Shown here one piece after another: positions 36,941 through 50,411 of a stretch of 64,000 bases of DNA. Position 1 is the stretch's first letter; each line of letters opens with the position of its first letter. This DNA is from Takakia lepidozioides (taxonomy: Eukaryota > Plantae > Bryophyta): positions 25,172,001 to 25,236,000 of the forward strand of contig CM060734.1 in assembly GCA_030704615.1 (NCBI GenBank), written 5' to 3'. Under the pieces are notes generated by a model that saw only the letters and a program-made list of their open reading frames with translations, did not search any database and was not told the origin of the DNA. Both the position numbers and the translations under genes were made by a program.

Positions 36941-37481
36941 GTCATCCTCAAGTGAGAGTGCATTATTCGCCATGCTTGAGCGGCATTTTCTCTCAACCTA
37001 GATTTAAGTAGGGTAGACAAGGCCTATGACCGTTCATCTAACGATGGCGGAAGATCTATCGGTAAATTTTTGTTGTTTTTACCCCGGCATTTTGTCTCAA
37101 CCTAGGTTTAAGTAGGATGACAATTTCCTACTGAATGACAAATTCTTTTTCACCGAGAGTACAGCCAGAGATAGTTTGTAAGTAGCCCTGTCTGGCAGTG
37201 CTTACTAGTGCCTAGTTGATGTTCTGCAGTCATTTCCTAGAGTTACTGCTTCAAATCAGTGAACGCATGGTCTGAAAGCCTTATCTTGAGGATGTAAAGC
37301 CTTCTGGCCTCCTATACGCTTCAAATGTTTTCCAGGATCACCCCTTTTATTTATTAAAAGAAAAAAGAGCAGGCCACCTCCCCAGGTGTCTATAAATGAC
37401 GTGCAGGTACGCAGAGACCCGACCCGGTCTCTCTGTGTCTGTGTCTGTCTCTCTATCAGGACCAAGCGCGAGTTCTCAGCT

Positions 37482-39809
37482 ATGGCGTCGACGTGCGTCA
37501 ATGCAACCACCCAAACAGTTGTTTTTTCCTGCAACCCACAAACCATTCGTGTGAAACACCATCTATCGTGCATTGTAGCAGGATTCGGGTCCTCCCAGGG
37601 AGTTGTCAGGGGGCCTCTGCAATTACTGGCGGGCAGGAGTTAGCCGCCCGGATTTCGCCACTTAAGAAGTTATATAGATTGGGGTTGAGAGCGGAGGGAC
37701 AGGGTGGGGGTCTGACACAAGGGGGGAACTGGGGAGAGCCTGTGTCTCTCGGTACAGCGATATTACCTCCTGACCTCGATCTGAAGAAACTGGAGACTCT
37801 TCTGTTTCAGGTTATGGTCGCTTCTCCACCTGCATGCATTGAATTCGCTCTGTTTGTGTGCGTGTCTCACTTTGCCCGTGCTCCGTTCTTTTCTGTCAAG
37901 ATCGTGTAGTGGTGAGCTTATGGTTGCAATTTGCCCGCCCATAGCGGGTATGAGAGGCCTTTTTATTATAGACCGCTTAGAAACATATGGGAGACGTAAT
38001 ACCTTCAAATGGAAATTTGTTGCAAGGATGACATGGACCTTGATGAGATAATGTCGTACAAGGGTGAGGTGCTCCACTGACCCAGGACACGAGAAGGATC
38101 CTGCCCAAACTACTGTGTGTCAGCTTTCTAATCAGGAACTCAATTACTTCAGCTCACAAGTATGTACATTTTGAACAAAAAAGATCGACAACATATAGAA
38201 TTAAAAAGCATAGACTTGAAAGTCGAGTGGCAGTGTCAAGGGAAGACAGAGCTCTGATAAACTTTGATGAAAAAACAAGGAAGTTTTATTGAGATTGAAT
38301 TCTGAGGGCTTGGAAACAACATGTAACTTAGTGCCTGGGAGGACTGTGGGGATTATGAGAATAATGCTGTCATGTGTTTGTAACGTGTATTCAGTGGGGA
38401 AACAGCATAGCTCAGAATGCCAACCTTCCTCCACCATTTCCTCTGAAGGTAACCCTTGCCTACTCTCTCTCTTGGTGCTTATGTTGAGGGGAAAAGTGCG
38501 AACTTCTAATCATTTGCATGATGTCTTGGCATAGGGAGACACTCAAATTGAAGGCTCATGCCTGCCTTTGATGATTTCTACCAGCTAGTCTTTACACATA
38601 TGTCAGCTATATTCTGTCAAAAATCACACACAGTTCTGGGCTCGTATAGCCAGCCCATGGCTCACCCCCTTGCCTTCTCTAGCATCAGCTTTCTATCTCA
38701 GTGTGTGTGTGCATGTAGCATCCCCTTTCTGCTGTGAGGAAGAGTGAAGCCATACCTGATCAGCACCCTTTTCCCTAAGTCGTGTGGTTCCTATATATGT
38801 CATGCAAAGACTCAGCTGTGCTCCTTGGTCCAAAACTGTGTAAGGACAGAGGTATTGAAATTCCTAAAATCTCACATGGTCTAGTGCTGGTGTTTATACA
38901 TTGCTTTGTTGCTCTGTTGTCAAATGCCTACAGTTCGCCTCAAACCTGTGAGGCACAGAAAGACATGTTATACTAATGCCCAGAGTACTTTAAAAAATCC
39001 AATAAAAACACGACCATGTACTTGATAACATACACAAAAATCTCAATTTGCAACAGTTCATGATTGCTGTCTAATTGGTGAAACAGGAGAAACTTGGAAG
39101 CAAATGGTTTGTTTCGACATCCAGTTGCTCATAGGCCACTGTAGAATCTGGTGAAACTTCATGTATTTATCAGAACCTCACCTTTGTTGGCGAAAAGATT
39201 ATGTAATGTTGTGAGTTACTAACAAAGCTGGATTTACCAGAGTGGAGGAGCTTATGCCACAATGTCTTTGCCATTGCCTTGAGGTATCTTTGATACTGTC
39301 CAGTGGAACCAAAGTGATAGCCACATTGGTCCCAAATCACATTCTTTCACAGGCTGGGATGCCCCCCTACAAGCCACAGGAATTGGAAACATACTAACCA
39401 AAACCTCTAAGATTTTTGTACGTGTTATCACCGATTGTGGTCTCGTCTTGCAATAGTTATTGTAGTCTTGTTAGATGTTGATTCCGGACAGACTCTCTTT
39501 CTCCTTTCACAGAATTTTAAAAGTGTTTCCATACAATAGTAAATTCTTATACTGCATGTTGGGCAAATATATGCAGGTGGATAAAGTAGAAGGGGGAGTG
39601 AGGTAGGCTACATCAAAGTAAATGATGGAGTAATTGAAGACCTTGTGCACATTGATGTGATTGTGAGTCCACCAACTGCAAATTCAAAGCCCATGTTTCA
39701 AGCATTGCGAAATGGACAACTTAAAGCCAACGCGCCTCCTGGTGAGCCTCTAATTATGCAAAGCCTGCTACAAGCTCTTCGCAAGTCTATTCAACTTGCA
39801 AGGACATGA
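37482..39809 (+). pseudogene. Conserved plant protein of unknown function, probably plastid-targeted; exons 37482-37810, 38395-38448, 39577-39809; two frameshifts
   Basis: Phase-0 GT-AG splicing gives LETLLFQ|WGNSIAQNANLPPPFPLK|VDKVEGGVR..PMFQALRNG..PPGEPLIMQSLLQAL. Frame breaks in exon 1 and at ~39604. Confidence 0.75.
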
Positions 39810-40455
39810 CATGTGAATGTAAAGTGATCACCCAGAGTCAGATAGATTACTCTCTCCTGTGTGAGGTTGGAGCAGACATACTTAGAAAGGGGAATTGGAT
39901 GGTTTAAAATACTGAAACAAAGATGGAGGTACAGCTACAGCGTTACAAAGTATCAGCATTACAGTGAGTTTTGAGCTTCGACTCTTGGAAAGAATGTCTT
40001 GCTCCTTGAAAAGTTTCGACTCAGCAAGAAGGGATTAAATTGGTTGGGTTTTATTAGTTATAGTGGAAGATCTTGGTTGACCAGGTTCACCTTGACCTCT
40101 CAGTTAAGCACTATAGAGGGGACCTTTGTCAGTCACAATATTTGCAACGTCAAACCAATTCCAGTCCATGTGCCATTAAATGGGTTGGACTCTCTTTGCT
40201 TTCCTCTTGATGACTGTCCCAATTCATACAAGTCCCTCAGATCTTTCATGCAGATCTTCAGTGAATTCGTCAAAGTGGTCCAATGTCCCCACTCAGATAT
40301 CTGAAACATGCCCATTCCAATGTGCAGAGGAAAGTTGTAAAAGGTGGCTCTAATTTGAGGCCTCAGCCTGATCTGGTGCTGGGCATTCTCCTAAAATTCC
40401 CAAGAACAATTGCTCGGGTTCCAATTTGTTATGACGCCTTACCAAAAGATGTGAA

Positions 40456-40705
40456 GGTTGCATATCAAACATGGCAGCACATCTGCATTGCTGTGAGAGA
40501 GAGAATGAGGAAGTACCTTCATTGTATTACACATACAGACTTGCGGGATGGGGGTGACCTTGGGGAGAGAGAGTTCAGGACAGGTTGCATATCAAACAGG
40601 GCAGCCCATCTGCATTGCTGTGAGAGAGAACAAGGGAGAGAGAGAAAGAACCTTGTTTGTACATATGGAGGTGACCTTGGGGAGAGAAAGAGAGAGTTCA
40701 GGACA
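40456..40705. repeat. ~125-bp tandem duplication
   Basis: ggttgcatatcaaaca..gtgaccttggggagaga..gagttcaggaca occurs twice. Confidence 0.85.
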
Positions 40706-40744
40706 GCTAGCAAGACATTGACTGAAGACTTCAATAAGTTGAAA

Positions 40745-41330
40745 GATCATTATTAGTCTCCACAAGGGTAGAGCTCATTCTTGAACTGATGTTGCTTCAT
40801 CTGCATGAAAGACAGTGCATGTCCGGCACATACCTGCCACTTTCATCTGCGTGTCAATCTATCTGTCCAGCTCTGCACACATCTTTTCTCTTAGAGGGTG
40901 TCGTCTCCAAAAGTATATTTTGTTCCTGTCCTGAATCCAGATGCACCACGGCTCCTTCTTCACACCTCTGTCCTCTAGTACTTTTCTCACATTTGCTACA
41001 TCATTCCACCTGCCAGTTGCAGCATAAATATTAGCAAACAGCCCATATACTGCAGCAGATTGTGGTTCCAACCTAAGAGCACATTTGGCAGCCAGTTCTG
41101 CCATCTCCACATTGCCATGGATTCTGCAGGCCCCAAGCAAGGTTCTCGGTACTGAAGCATCTGCTTCATATGGCATTTTGTTGTTAATCCAAGCGCCCTG
41201 CACAGCCAAGAAGGTCAACTACGCATCCATCATGCTTACATGTTGGTCTAATACCATGGTCCTGACTCATAGAAAGGAACTGGTGATGAAATGACCCACA
41301 TGACTACATGCAGAGAGAACACAAAAGAAT
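40745..41330 (-). pseudogene. Degraded PPR C-terminal remnant (E domains and PG-box region)
   Basis: TLLGACRIHGNVEMAELAA..ANIYAATGRWNDVANVRK..GVKKEPWCIWI. Confidence 0.85.
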
Positions 41331-41910
41331 CTCATGCCTATGCAGTTTATAAGCACCTTTTTTTTACATGAAAAGATCAGGGTAGCCCATCGAGTAACAG
41401 GAAAACCCATGAAGCTGTTTGGAACACATGCATTTCATACCTCTGAATGGCACATTTATGGACCATACTGGCGGATGCAGGGCGGCTCCAAAGCATAACA
41501 ATTGTTCTTAGCAGCTTCTGATTGCTGTAGACTATATACAGCCTGTGGAAAAGTCTACTCGCCCCTATGCCATGACATAACCAGCCGCTGGAAAGAGTGG
41601 GAAGTGGGGCAAAGTTCAAATTTTTCAGAATCAACAAGCAAATCCCTTATGGCTTGGATAATTGTCATGCAACCTATTTGCCTATTTATCTTTTTTGGTT
41701 TGGAGATCTTATCTAGTACTTCTTTGCCCCACAATCCCTTTTCCTTTGGATGCAATGTTAGTTTACACTTTTCTCTCTCAATGCCAACATAATGTCCAAC
41801 TATCCATCCCTGTCCCTCAACAGCCTGTCATAGCCAATATTGGATGGATCAAGCAGCTGGGCAGTTTAATGAAGGAAGCAAGACACTTACACCGTTCCAA
41901 AACAATTTTT

Positions 41911-44409
41911 TCACCAGAACTCCCCACAAGAACAAACGCCAACTTCGAAGTGGTGAAAGCGATTTGCGTCCCGTACAACAATTGCACGGCCAACAATCTT
42001 TGAGATGAACTTTGTTGCATTGTGGCAGTCACCACACACCCGAAGATTCTTGATGACACAGAGAGGCGTCCCTGGGGCCGTGCTGATCAGTCCAAAAGCA
42101 ATGGCCAACTTCTCACTGTGGTGGCAAAGGGATAATTCCTTGTGCTCCTCCTCCACATCATGCAGTACAAAGCGCTTGTCAGGCACATATCCTGCCTCCT
42201 TCATCTCTGCAGACAATCTTCTCAGTTCAATGTGGATGTCCTCAATCTTTGGATGCATTTTGTCATCTACAACAAAGGTGTGCACCCTGTTACCCCTCTC
42301 ACTTTCATCATTTTTCTCACCTTTGCAGTATCATCCCACCTGCCAGCTGCAGCATAGATGTTTGACAGCAACACGTAAGTTACGGTATCCTGTTGATCCA
42401 ACTTCAGGATAAGTTTTGCCGCACGTTCTGCCATCTCCACATTGCCATGAACCCTGCAGGCACCAAGCAAGGCCTTCCACACCACAGCATCTGGCTTGAT
42501 TGGCATTTTGATGATGAAGTCCTCTGCCTCATCCAATCGCCCTGCACGCCCAAGAAGGTCCACCATGCAGCTGAAGTGCTCTACTGTTGGAGTCACACCA
42601 TGATCTTGAGTCAGGGAATGAAAGTAATGGCTGCCTTCATCCACTAGGCCAACATGGCTACATGCAGAGAGAACACAAATGAAGGTGATCTTGTCCAACT
42701 TCAAGCCTTCCTTTTGCAATCCTTCAAATAGTTGCAGGGCCTCCCTATGGCAACCGTGCTCGCATATCCTGCCATCATCACATTCCACGACACCCTATCT
42801 CGTTCAGCCATATTGTTGAACACTTCCTTTCCATCCTTGATGCTCCTGCACTTAGCATACATGTCCACAAGGGTATTGTTCAGAATCATATTTGGTACAA
42901 TTCCAGCTTTCACGATGTCAGCATGGACCTCTTTGCCCTTTTGCAGCGCTGCCAGGCTGGAACACGCATTGCAAACGCAAACAAATGTGATCTGGTCTGG
43001 TCTCACCCCTTCCCACATCATTTGCTCATAAATCTCCAAAGCCTCCACCCCGTACCCATGCTGGGAATATCCTGCCATAATTGCATTCCACCAAATCCTG
43101 TGCAGCCATATTGTCGAACACTCCCTTTGCGTCCTTGATGCTCCTGCATTTAGCGTACATATCTAGGAGGGCAGTGTCCAGAATGACATCTGGGACAATT
43201 CCAGCTCTCATGATGTCACCATGAACCTCTTTGCCCTTTTCCAGGTCTGCCAGGCTCGCACACACATTGCACATGCACATGAACGTGACGTGGTTGGGCT
43301 TCACCCCTTTGCAGATCATTTGCTCATAGGTCTCCAAAGCCTCCATCCAACAACCAAGCTGGGCATATCCTGCGATCATTGCACTCCAGGACACCACATC
43401 CCGTTCAGCCATATTGTCAAATATTCCCACTGCATCCTTGATGCTCCCACATTTGGCATACATGTCTATGAGGGTAGTTTCCAAGATGATATTTGGTACA
43501 ATTCCAGCTTTCCTGATATCACAATGGACCTCTTTACCCCTCTCCAGGGCTGCCAGACTCGCACACACACTGCAAATGCAAACAAACGTGACCTGGTTGG
43601 GTGTCACCCCTTCCAGGATCATTTGCTCATATGTCTCCAAAGCCTCCCTCGCACACCCAATCCTTGATGCTCCCGCATTTGGCATACATATCCACCAGGG
43701 CGGTGCCTAGAATGACATCTGGTATAATTCCAGCTTTCATGATGTCAGCATGGACCTCTTTTCCCATTCCCAGGGCTGCCAGGCATGCACACGCATTGCA
43801 TGTGACCTGGTTGGGCTTCACCCCTTCGCCCATCATTTGCTCATATGTCTCCAAGGCATTCTTACCACACCCATGCTTGGTAAATCCTGCAATCATTATG
43901 TTCCACGTGATCAAACCTCGTTGAGGCATTTTGTCGAACACTTGGTGTGCATCCACAATGCTCCTGCATTTGACATACATGTTGACGAGGGTGTTGTGTA
44001 GAAACACATTTGGCTTGAATCCACTTTGGATAATGTGAGCGTGCACCTCCTTTCCAGCTGCTAGGTCTTTCATCTTGATGCACTTATGCAGGAGACAGAC
44101 ATAAGTATCTGAATCTGCTGAAATACCTCCTTGGTTCAAAGTTTGCAGAGCCTCTTTCAGTTGTCCTGCCTCACTTGGTGTCCTATGCCCAGAAGCAGAA
44201 GAAGACATCTGGACTCCCTCTCTTGGTCCTCTTTTGGAAGTGGTTTTCATGGTGAAAGTGCCTGATTTTATCAACTGTGGTGCCACTCCTGCTTCCAGTT
44301 GATCTACCCATGCAGGTTTCTTGCAGCTATCAATCCACGGCGGCTCATTGGTACTCTTGTGCTTGAGATCTGGCCCTCTCGGATGTACCTGGACCCACAA
44401 CTCCATCAC
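41911..44409 (-). pseudogene. PLS-class DYW PPR (organellar C-to-U editing factor) pseudogene
   Basis: Repeated LVDMYAKCGSIKDA motifs, E1/E2, HSEKLA..CGDC..CSCGEFW. Split across five ORFs; the PG box is deleted near 42290. Confidence 0.93.
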
Positions 44410-45179
44410 GACCTCCAGTTATCCCTGCCTTGGCAAAAACAAAATCTCCTCCTTGCTGCTGACAGCTACGATGACAAACCATAATTTACCTAGCAAACAC
44501 CCCAACTGCTTACCACCCACTAGTCCCTGTGTGGAACTGCTGACAAGACGTTAGAAACGTGTCGGGGAGAGAGGATGAAAATTTTGCAGGAAAGCTCTTC
44601 GAGCATCTTGTTGTCTGTTATTTCGGTAAGAGAAGGGATTCACCTTTCTGCCCCTAGTGTCCCACCATTGACTTTGGTTCAAAACGTATTCCTTCTAATA
44701 AAGCTGTTCCTTGTCTCTGTTTTTGGTTTTCTGATATTTGCCTGCTACCCCATTGGCAGTAACACGTGAAAAACACTCATAACCACCATAGATCCACCCA
44801 GAGAGCTAACTTACAAAAGTCTATATGACAAATTAGGTTTTGTCTCTGTGCACATTACCTGGGGATCATTTGCTCTGATCTCTTCTAGCGCATTGACGTT
44901 CCAATGCGAGATGCCAGACATGAAATAAATGGCAACCATCAGAATCAGGGGAAAAAGACCTTGGAACCAGCGTGAGCCCACTTCATCGGGTCTTTGGCTG
45001 CATGCCAATACGAGTTGGCTCTCCCTTTATTAAATGGAGCAACAAATACAGAAAGGGTGGATATTGCATCCAAACAGGACCGCAATAGATGCATCAGAAG
45101 AGAACTTATGGAACTGCACGTCAGGCGGACAAGGAAACTAGCCACTCTAATTCTATCGGGAGACATTCTTAGTTCTCCG

Positions 45180-45633
45180 TGACGATAGGATCTTGCGGCC
45201 TAGTTACCTGTCTGCAGCCCTATCTCCCTCTCTTCTAAAGGGCATTGGGGAGGTTCAGGGTGGGCTACCACAGTCTGCGGATAGAGACTGGTAGGTGGGA
45301 ATCTGCAACGTGAAGACCAACTATGCGCCGCTTGCTTTGGGAACTACAGAGAAATTGAAAGTGAAGAACATTTCTTCTTTCACTGCCCTTTATACTATGA
45401 GATCCTTGGGAGATTCAACTGTCTATTCCGGGATAATCCATCTCTCCCAGAGGTGTTCCATTACGAGGATCAGAAATGCTTGGCAGCCTACCTGCATAAA
45501 GCCGTGACTCTTAGACAATCCCTTGACCTTTAGTTATGGGCTGTTTGTGGCCCCTCTCTCTTGTTTCTTTTTCCTCTTGCCCCATGAGCTCTTTGAGCTT
45601 TTCGCGGACGTTATAAAGTACCATTTCATTTCA
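45180..45633 (+). mobile_element. 5'-truncated non-LTR retrotransposon (LINE) 3' end with short CATTT tail
   Basis: Translates across frameshifts to RFRVGYHSLRIETGRW..LCAAC..ESEEHFFFHCPLY, a LINE ORF2 C-terminal CCHC region; ends ccatttcatttcat. Confidence 0.75.
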
Positions 45634-45875
45634 TAATGCGTACTGAATTTCTCCTGAAATTTGTCGAGAAATCTAAAAGCGGGTTTGAATAGGAAAATCC
45701 CAAGAACCACATCAAGGTGCGGCGAGGACCATCATTTCTGCCACTCTCTAATAAAAACTATATTTGGTCACAGTTGTGAAAGTGACCTTAACACAGTGAA
45801 GAGGATTTACTATGCCCATTATTATATGAGATAAACAGGAGAGAGAAGAAGAGAAGGGAAACGTTCAACAGTCTT

Positions 45876-46962
45876 ATGGGAAACAAAATTTGCGGATGCG
45901 AAAGATTTCCAAAATCAACCAAGGCCCTGTCGTCTAGTTTCGGTCATGCGAGAGGCCTTGCGTCGCGGCGGATCAAGGGGCTGGGATGTAGTGAGAAAGC
46001 GGCAGAGGATACATTTTTTGGTCCGTGTACTTCCAACCCCGATGCCAGAATCGATCGCAACAGGCTCCTACATAGGAAACGATCATCCAGCTTCAAGGAT
46101 CACGCACAAGATGTTCTTTGGATTGAGGATTGGTTGAATTCTCTTTGGGTGAAAGAGAAGCTCATTGCAAAGAGTCAAGATCGAAAACAGTCCGGCGATG
46201 GTGGGAGGATGTCCGAGTGCGATTCTGATTTTGGAGTGGATGGCGGAGCTCCTTCAAAGCCTGGACATGAAAGTGAGTATGACTGGCAGCCTGATGACAG
46301 GGCAGCATTTGATGTACAAGTTCGTTTAGTATCTTTAATTGTGGACATGTTTGCATGTTCCTCATTGTGTTGCTTCAGATACAACCTAGACTGACTTGAT
46401 GAATGTTCTCAAAGCTAAATTAGCACTACTCCGTAAAGGAACCTGTCAACGTTTCGGTGCTCTTGGATTTCCGGCATGAAGGTCAACCGTGGAGCATGGG
46501 ACAGCGTTGGCAAGAGGTTTATAAAATTCCTACAAAATGGTGGGACAACAGCGGTGGCAAAGTGCGTCTTTTTTCATGCATAATGTGAAGTAGTATGTGC
46601 CTTTTCCTCTCGGTACCATAGGTTGTTCTTCTTAAGCAGGCCATGAATATATGTTGCCCAAGGGATTTTTCCTCATGTTCGCAAGCTATTTGGGAGGTTC
46701 AGCTTGGTCTGAGGAGGCTGTGTTTAAAACCATGGCTGATCAGCTCCACCCTGTTTTCACAGACCAATCAAAGATCACCAGTAGACATATTCAGCGCGTA
46801 GAAGGGCTCCTTTTGATTGAGGGTTGGCTAAAGTCTCCATGGGTGGAAAAGCTAGTTGCTGCAATGACACAAGGTCAAGCACATTGTGGTGAGGGCACTC
46901 TCTTCTTCCAACACACTGAGGCTGGTTTTGTCCACTTTCTCAGATTTATCCCTGTTTTGTAA
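45876..46962 (+). other. Two related coding-like segments of unknown origin
   Basis: VLWIEDWLNSLWVKEKLIA (ORF 45876) resembles LLLIEGWLKSPWVEKLVA (ORF 46651). Confidence 0.35.
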
Positions 46963-47164
46963 TCATGGGTTTTGACAGTTAACCAATGTCCTGACATATT
47001 CATATGAAATTGCACCGAGTTTAAGGTTTATGACAAATTATATGGAAATTTCATGATGTGTAGGATCTGAAAATCCGGCACCTCCTTGATCCCATGCATA
47101 TTGAGAAGAATGTGTACTCGTCACTAATTCGTGTACTGGCAAACTTAACCGGGGGGGGGGGGGG

Positions 47165-47835
47165 AGAAGAAACGCGTCGGTGATTCCCTTGGTGTGAGGT
47201 GAGAGCTCCAAGCCCAAAACCGTATGCCACAACTATGGCCTCAAGAAGATGGTGTGGACATGAGCAATGTTCCCAAGTGGAAGTATAGGGAACTTGGACT
47301 TGGACAAAGGAGGAATACAAGCAAGTGAGGACCACAATACGAGCTATCCGGACCCTGACCGTGTATGGCGCATCTCTACGGGGCAAGTTCGAGGATGCCA
47401 CCATTGTGCATGGTTTGAGTGGAGCAAGCACATGAGTTTGTATTGAAGAACATCCCTTGCATAGAGGAGTGGGAGGCAAGACATGTGGATGAGAATGCAC
47501 GACGGTTGAAAGCAAGTACAACTTGGAGATGCACACGTGCAAGGGAATTGGGTCGAGCATCACGAGGACCGCGCGGATCCAGCAGCATGGCCCCATCGGG
47601 CCCGCGTGATTTGCCCACGGAGATGCAGCCATTGAGACCATTTCGTCATTGGCTCCAGAGTGGAGTTGAGCATGCGATGGCGGCGGGCGAGGTGGTGCTG
47701 CCTTTAGTGGGTGAATCTTTGACATTTTATTACTACATTTGGGAATTGCAGGGAAATATCCAAAACTGGGGAATAGAGATGAGGAGAAGCTTTGGAAGGA
47801 ATATGTTCCATGGGACAATCAAGGCAGAAAGGTGA
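47165..47835 (+). mobile_element. CACTA/En-Spm transposase remnant, internally deleted
   Basis: DSLGVR*ELQAQNRMPQLWP..WTWTKEEYKQV..YGASLRGKF and QAHEFVLKN..FRHWL resemble the Tnp2/TnpD C-terminal region. Confidence 0.55.
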
Positions 47836-48030
47836 ATGCCTCTTATTTTACACAACGCAGAAGCAGATGGCAACTTTCTTGCGAATTGTCATCCTCCCTC
47901 TCTCCCAAACACACATTTTTGAAGTCTTGTCAGCAATAGCAAAGGAACTAGTATGTGGTAAGTAGGGGTCAAGTAAATCCTGGGTTGTCATTGTCGGCTA
48001 TTAGTAGCAAGAGGGAGGATCAATGTATTA

Positions 48031-50411
48031 TTGTTGTCTGAGCCAGGGATAGATGGAGGCAGGAATGGAGTGAGGGTGCAGATCGATCCAAGAGGACTGG
48101 ATTTCAAGTACAGGAGTACACATGAGGCAGTGTGGATAGACAGCAACAAGATATCTGCATGGGTAGATGGTCATCTGGAAGCACCTGCAAGACAGTTTAC
48201 AGAATCAGGCACCTCTGCCATGACCACTCCTAAAAATGGACCAAGAGATGGAGTCTGCAAGATCTCTTCTGCCACTTGTAGGCATGTGAGGATTCTATGT
48301 AAGGCAGGACACCTGAAAGAGGCTATGCATATTTTGAACCGAGGCATTTCAGCAGACTCTAATACGTATGTCTGTCTTTTGCAAAACTGCATGAAGGTGA
48401 AAGGCCTAGCCACGGGAAAGCAGGTGCACGCCCACATCGTCCAAAGTGGATTTAAGCCAAATGTGTTTCTATACAACACCCTTCTCAACATGTATGTCAA
48501 GTGCAGGAGCATCATGCATGCACACAGATTGTTTGATAATATGCCTGAACGAAATATGTTTTCGTGGACTATAATGATGGCAGGATACACTGAGCATGGG
48601 TGTAGTAGGAATGCCTTGGAGATTTATGAGCAAATGCTACAGGGAGGAGTGACGCCCGACCAGGTGACATATATATGCGTTCTCAAGGCGTGTGCCAGCC
48701 TGGCAGCCCTGGAAAAGGGCAAAGAGGTCCATTCTGACATCATGAAAGCTGGAATTGTACCAAACATCATTCTGGAGACTGCCCTTGTTGACATGTATGC
48801 CAAATGCGGGAGCATCAAGGATGCGAAGGGAGTTTTTGATAACATGGCTGAACGAAATGTGGTCTCATGGAGTGCGATGATCACAGGATATTCCCAGCGG
48901 GATGTGGGATGGAGGCTTTAGAGACATACAGGCAAATGATCCGGGAAGGGGTGAAGCCCAACCAGGTCTTGTTTGTTAGCATTTGCAATGTGTGTGCAAG
49001 CTTGGCATCCCTGGAAAAGAGCAAAGAGCTCCATACTGACATTAGGAAAGCTGGAATTGTACCAAATGTCATTCTGAACACTACCCTAGTAGATATGTAT
49101 GCCAAATGTGGAAGCATTCAGGATGCAAAGACGGTGTTCGACAACATGTGTGAACGAAATGTAGTCTCATGGAATGCAATGATCACAGGATATGTCCAGA
49201 ATGGGTGTGGGATGGAGGCTTTAGAGACCTATGAGCAAATGATACAGGAAGGGGCGAAGCCCAGCCAGGTTACGTTTGTGGGTGTTTGCAATGCGTGTGC
49301 CAGCCTAGCAGCCCTGGAAATTGGCAAAGTGGTCCATGGTGACATCATGAAAGCTGGAATTGTGCCTCGTGGACATGTATTCCAAATGTGGGAGCATCAA
49401 GGATGCAGAGGGTGTGTTCAACAAAATGTCCACACGAAATGTGGTGTCATGGAATTCGATGATTGGGGGATATGTCAAGCATGGTTGTCATAGGGAGGCC
49501 CTGCGACTATTTGAAGAAATGGGAAAGGAAGGCTTGAAGCCAAACAGTATCACTTTAGTATGTGTCCTCTCTGCTTGTAGTCATGTTGGCCTATTAGATG
49601 AAGGTAGACACTACTTCGATTCCCTGAGTCAAGATGATGGCCTCACCATGGAGCACTTCGGTTGCATGGTGGACCTTCTTGGCCGTGCAGGGCGATTGGA
49701 TGAGGCAGAGGATTTCATCACCAATTGAACCAGATGTTGTTGTGTGGGGGGCCTTGCTAGGTGCCTGCAGAATCCATGGCAATGTAGATGGAGCCGAACG
49801 TGCGGCAAAATCCATTCTCAAGTTGGATCCGCAGGATGTTGGAACTTATGTGTTGCTATCAAACATCTATGCAGCAGCCAGCAGGTGGGACGATACCGCA
49901 AAGGTGAGAAAAATGATGAAGGTCAGAGGTGTCAAAAAAGAGCCAGGTCGCTGCTCCATTGAGGTCAGTGACAAGGTGCTGCTGCTCAGTCACTCCCCCC
50001 CCCACCTTTTTTTCTTTTTCTTTGTTGCCCCCTCTCTCCCTCACCTTTATTGTTGATGACAAATTGCATCCACGAATTGAGGAAATCCATGCTGAGGTGA
50101 GAAGATTATCTGGGCAGTTGAAGGAGGCGGGGTACGTGCCTGACACGCACTTTGTATTGCATGATGTGGAAGAGGAGCAAAAGGAATTTTCTCTTTGCCA
50201 CCACGACGAGAAGCTGGCTATTGCCTTCGGGCTGATCAGCACAGCCCCTGGAATGCCCCTCCATGTCATCAAGAACCTTCGTGTGTGTGGTGACTGCCAC
50301 ACGGCCATCAAGTTCATCTCCAAAATTGTTGGCCGAGCAATTATTGTACGGGATGCCAACCGATTTCACCACTTCCAAGATGGGGTTTGTACTTGTGGGG
50401 ATTACTGGTAA
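48031..50411 (+). pseudogene. PLS-class DYW PPR pseudogene, inverted paralog of 41911-44409
   Basis: PLS motifs, E1/E2, [28 protein letters not shown]. Breaks at ~48900, ~49365, ~49725 and a ~62-bp insertion at 49980-50041. Confidence 0.93.

Noticed and set aside
49980-50041. Novel intron in the DYW-PPR gene
   Set aside because: Pyrimidine-rich but lacks a 3' AG at the junction; treated as a filler insertion.
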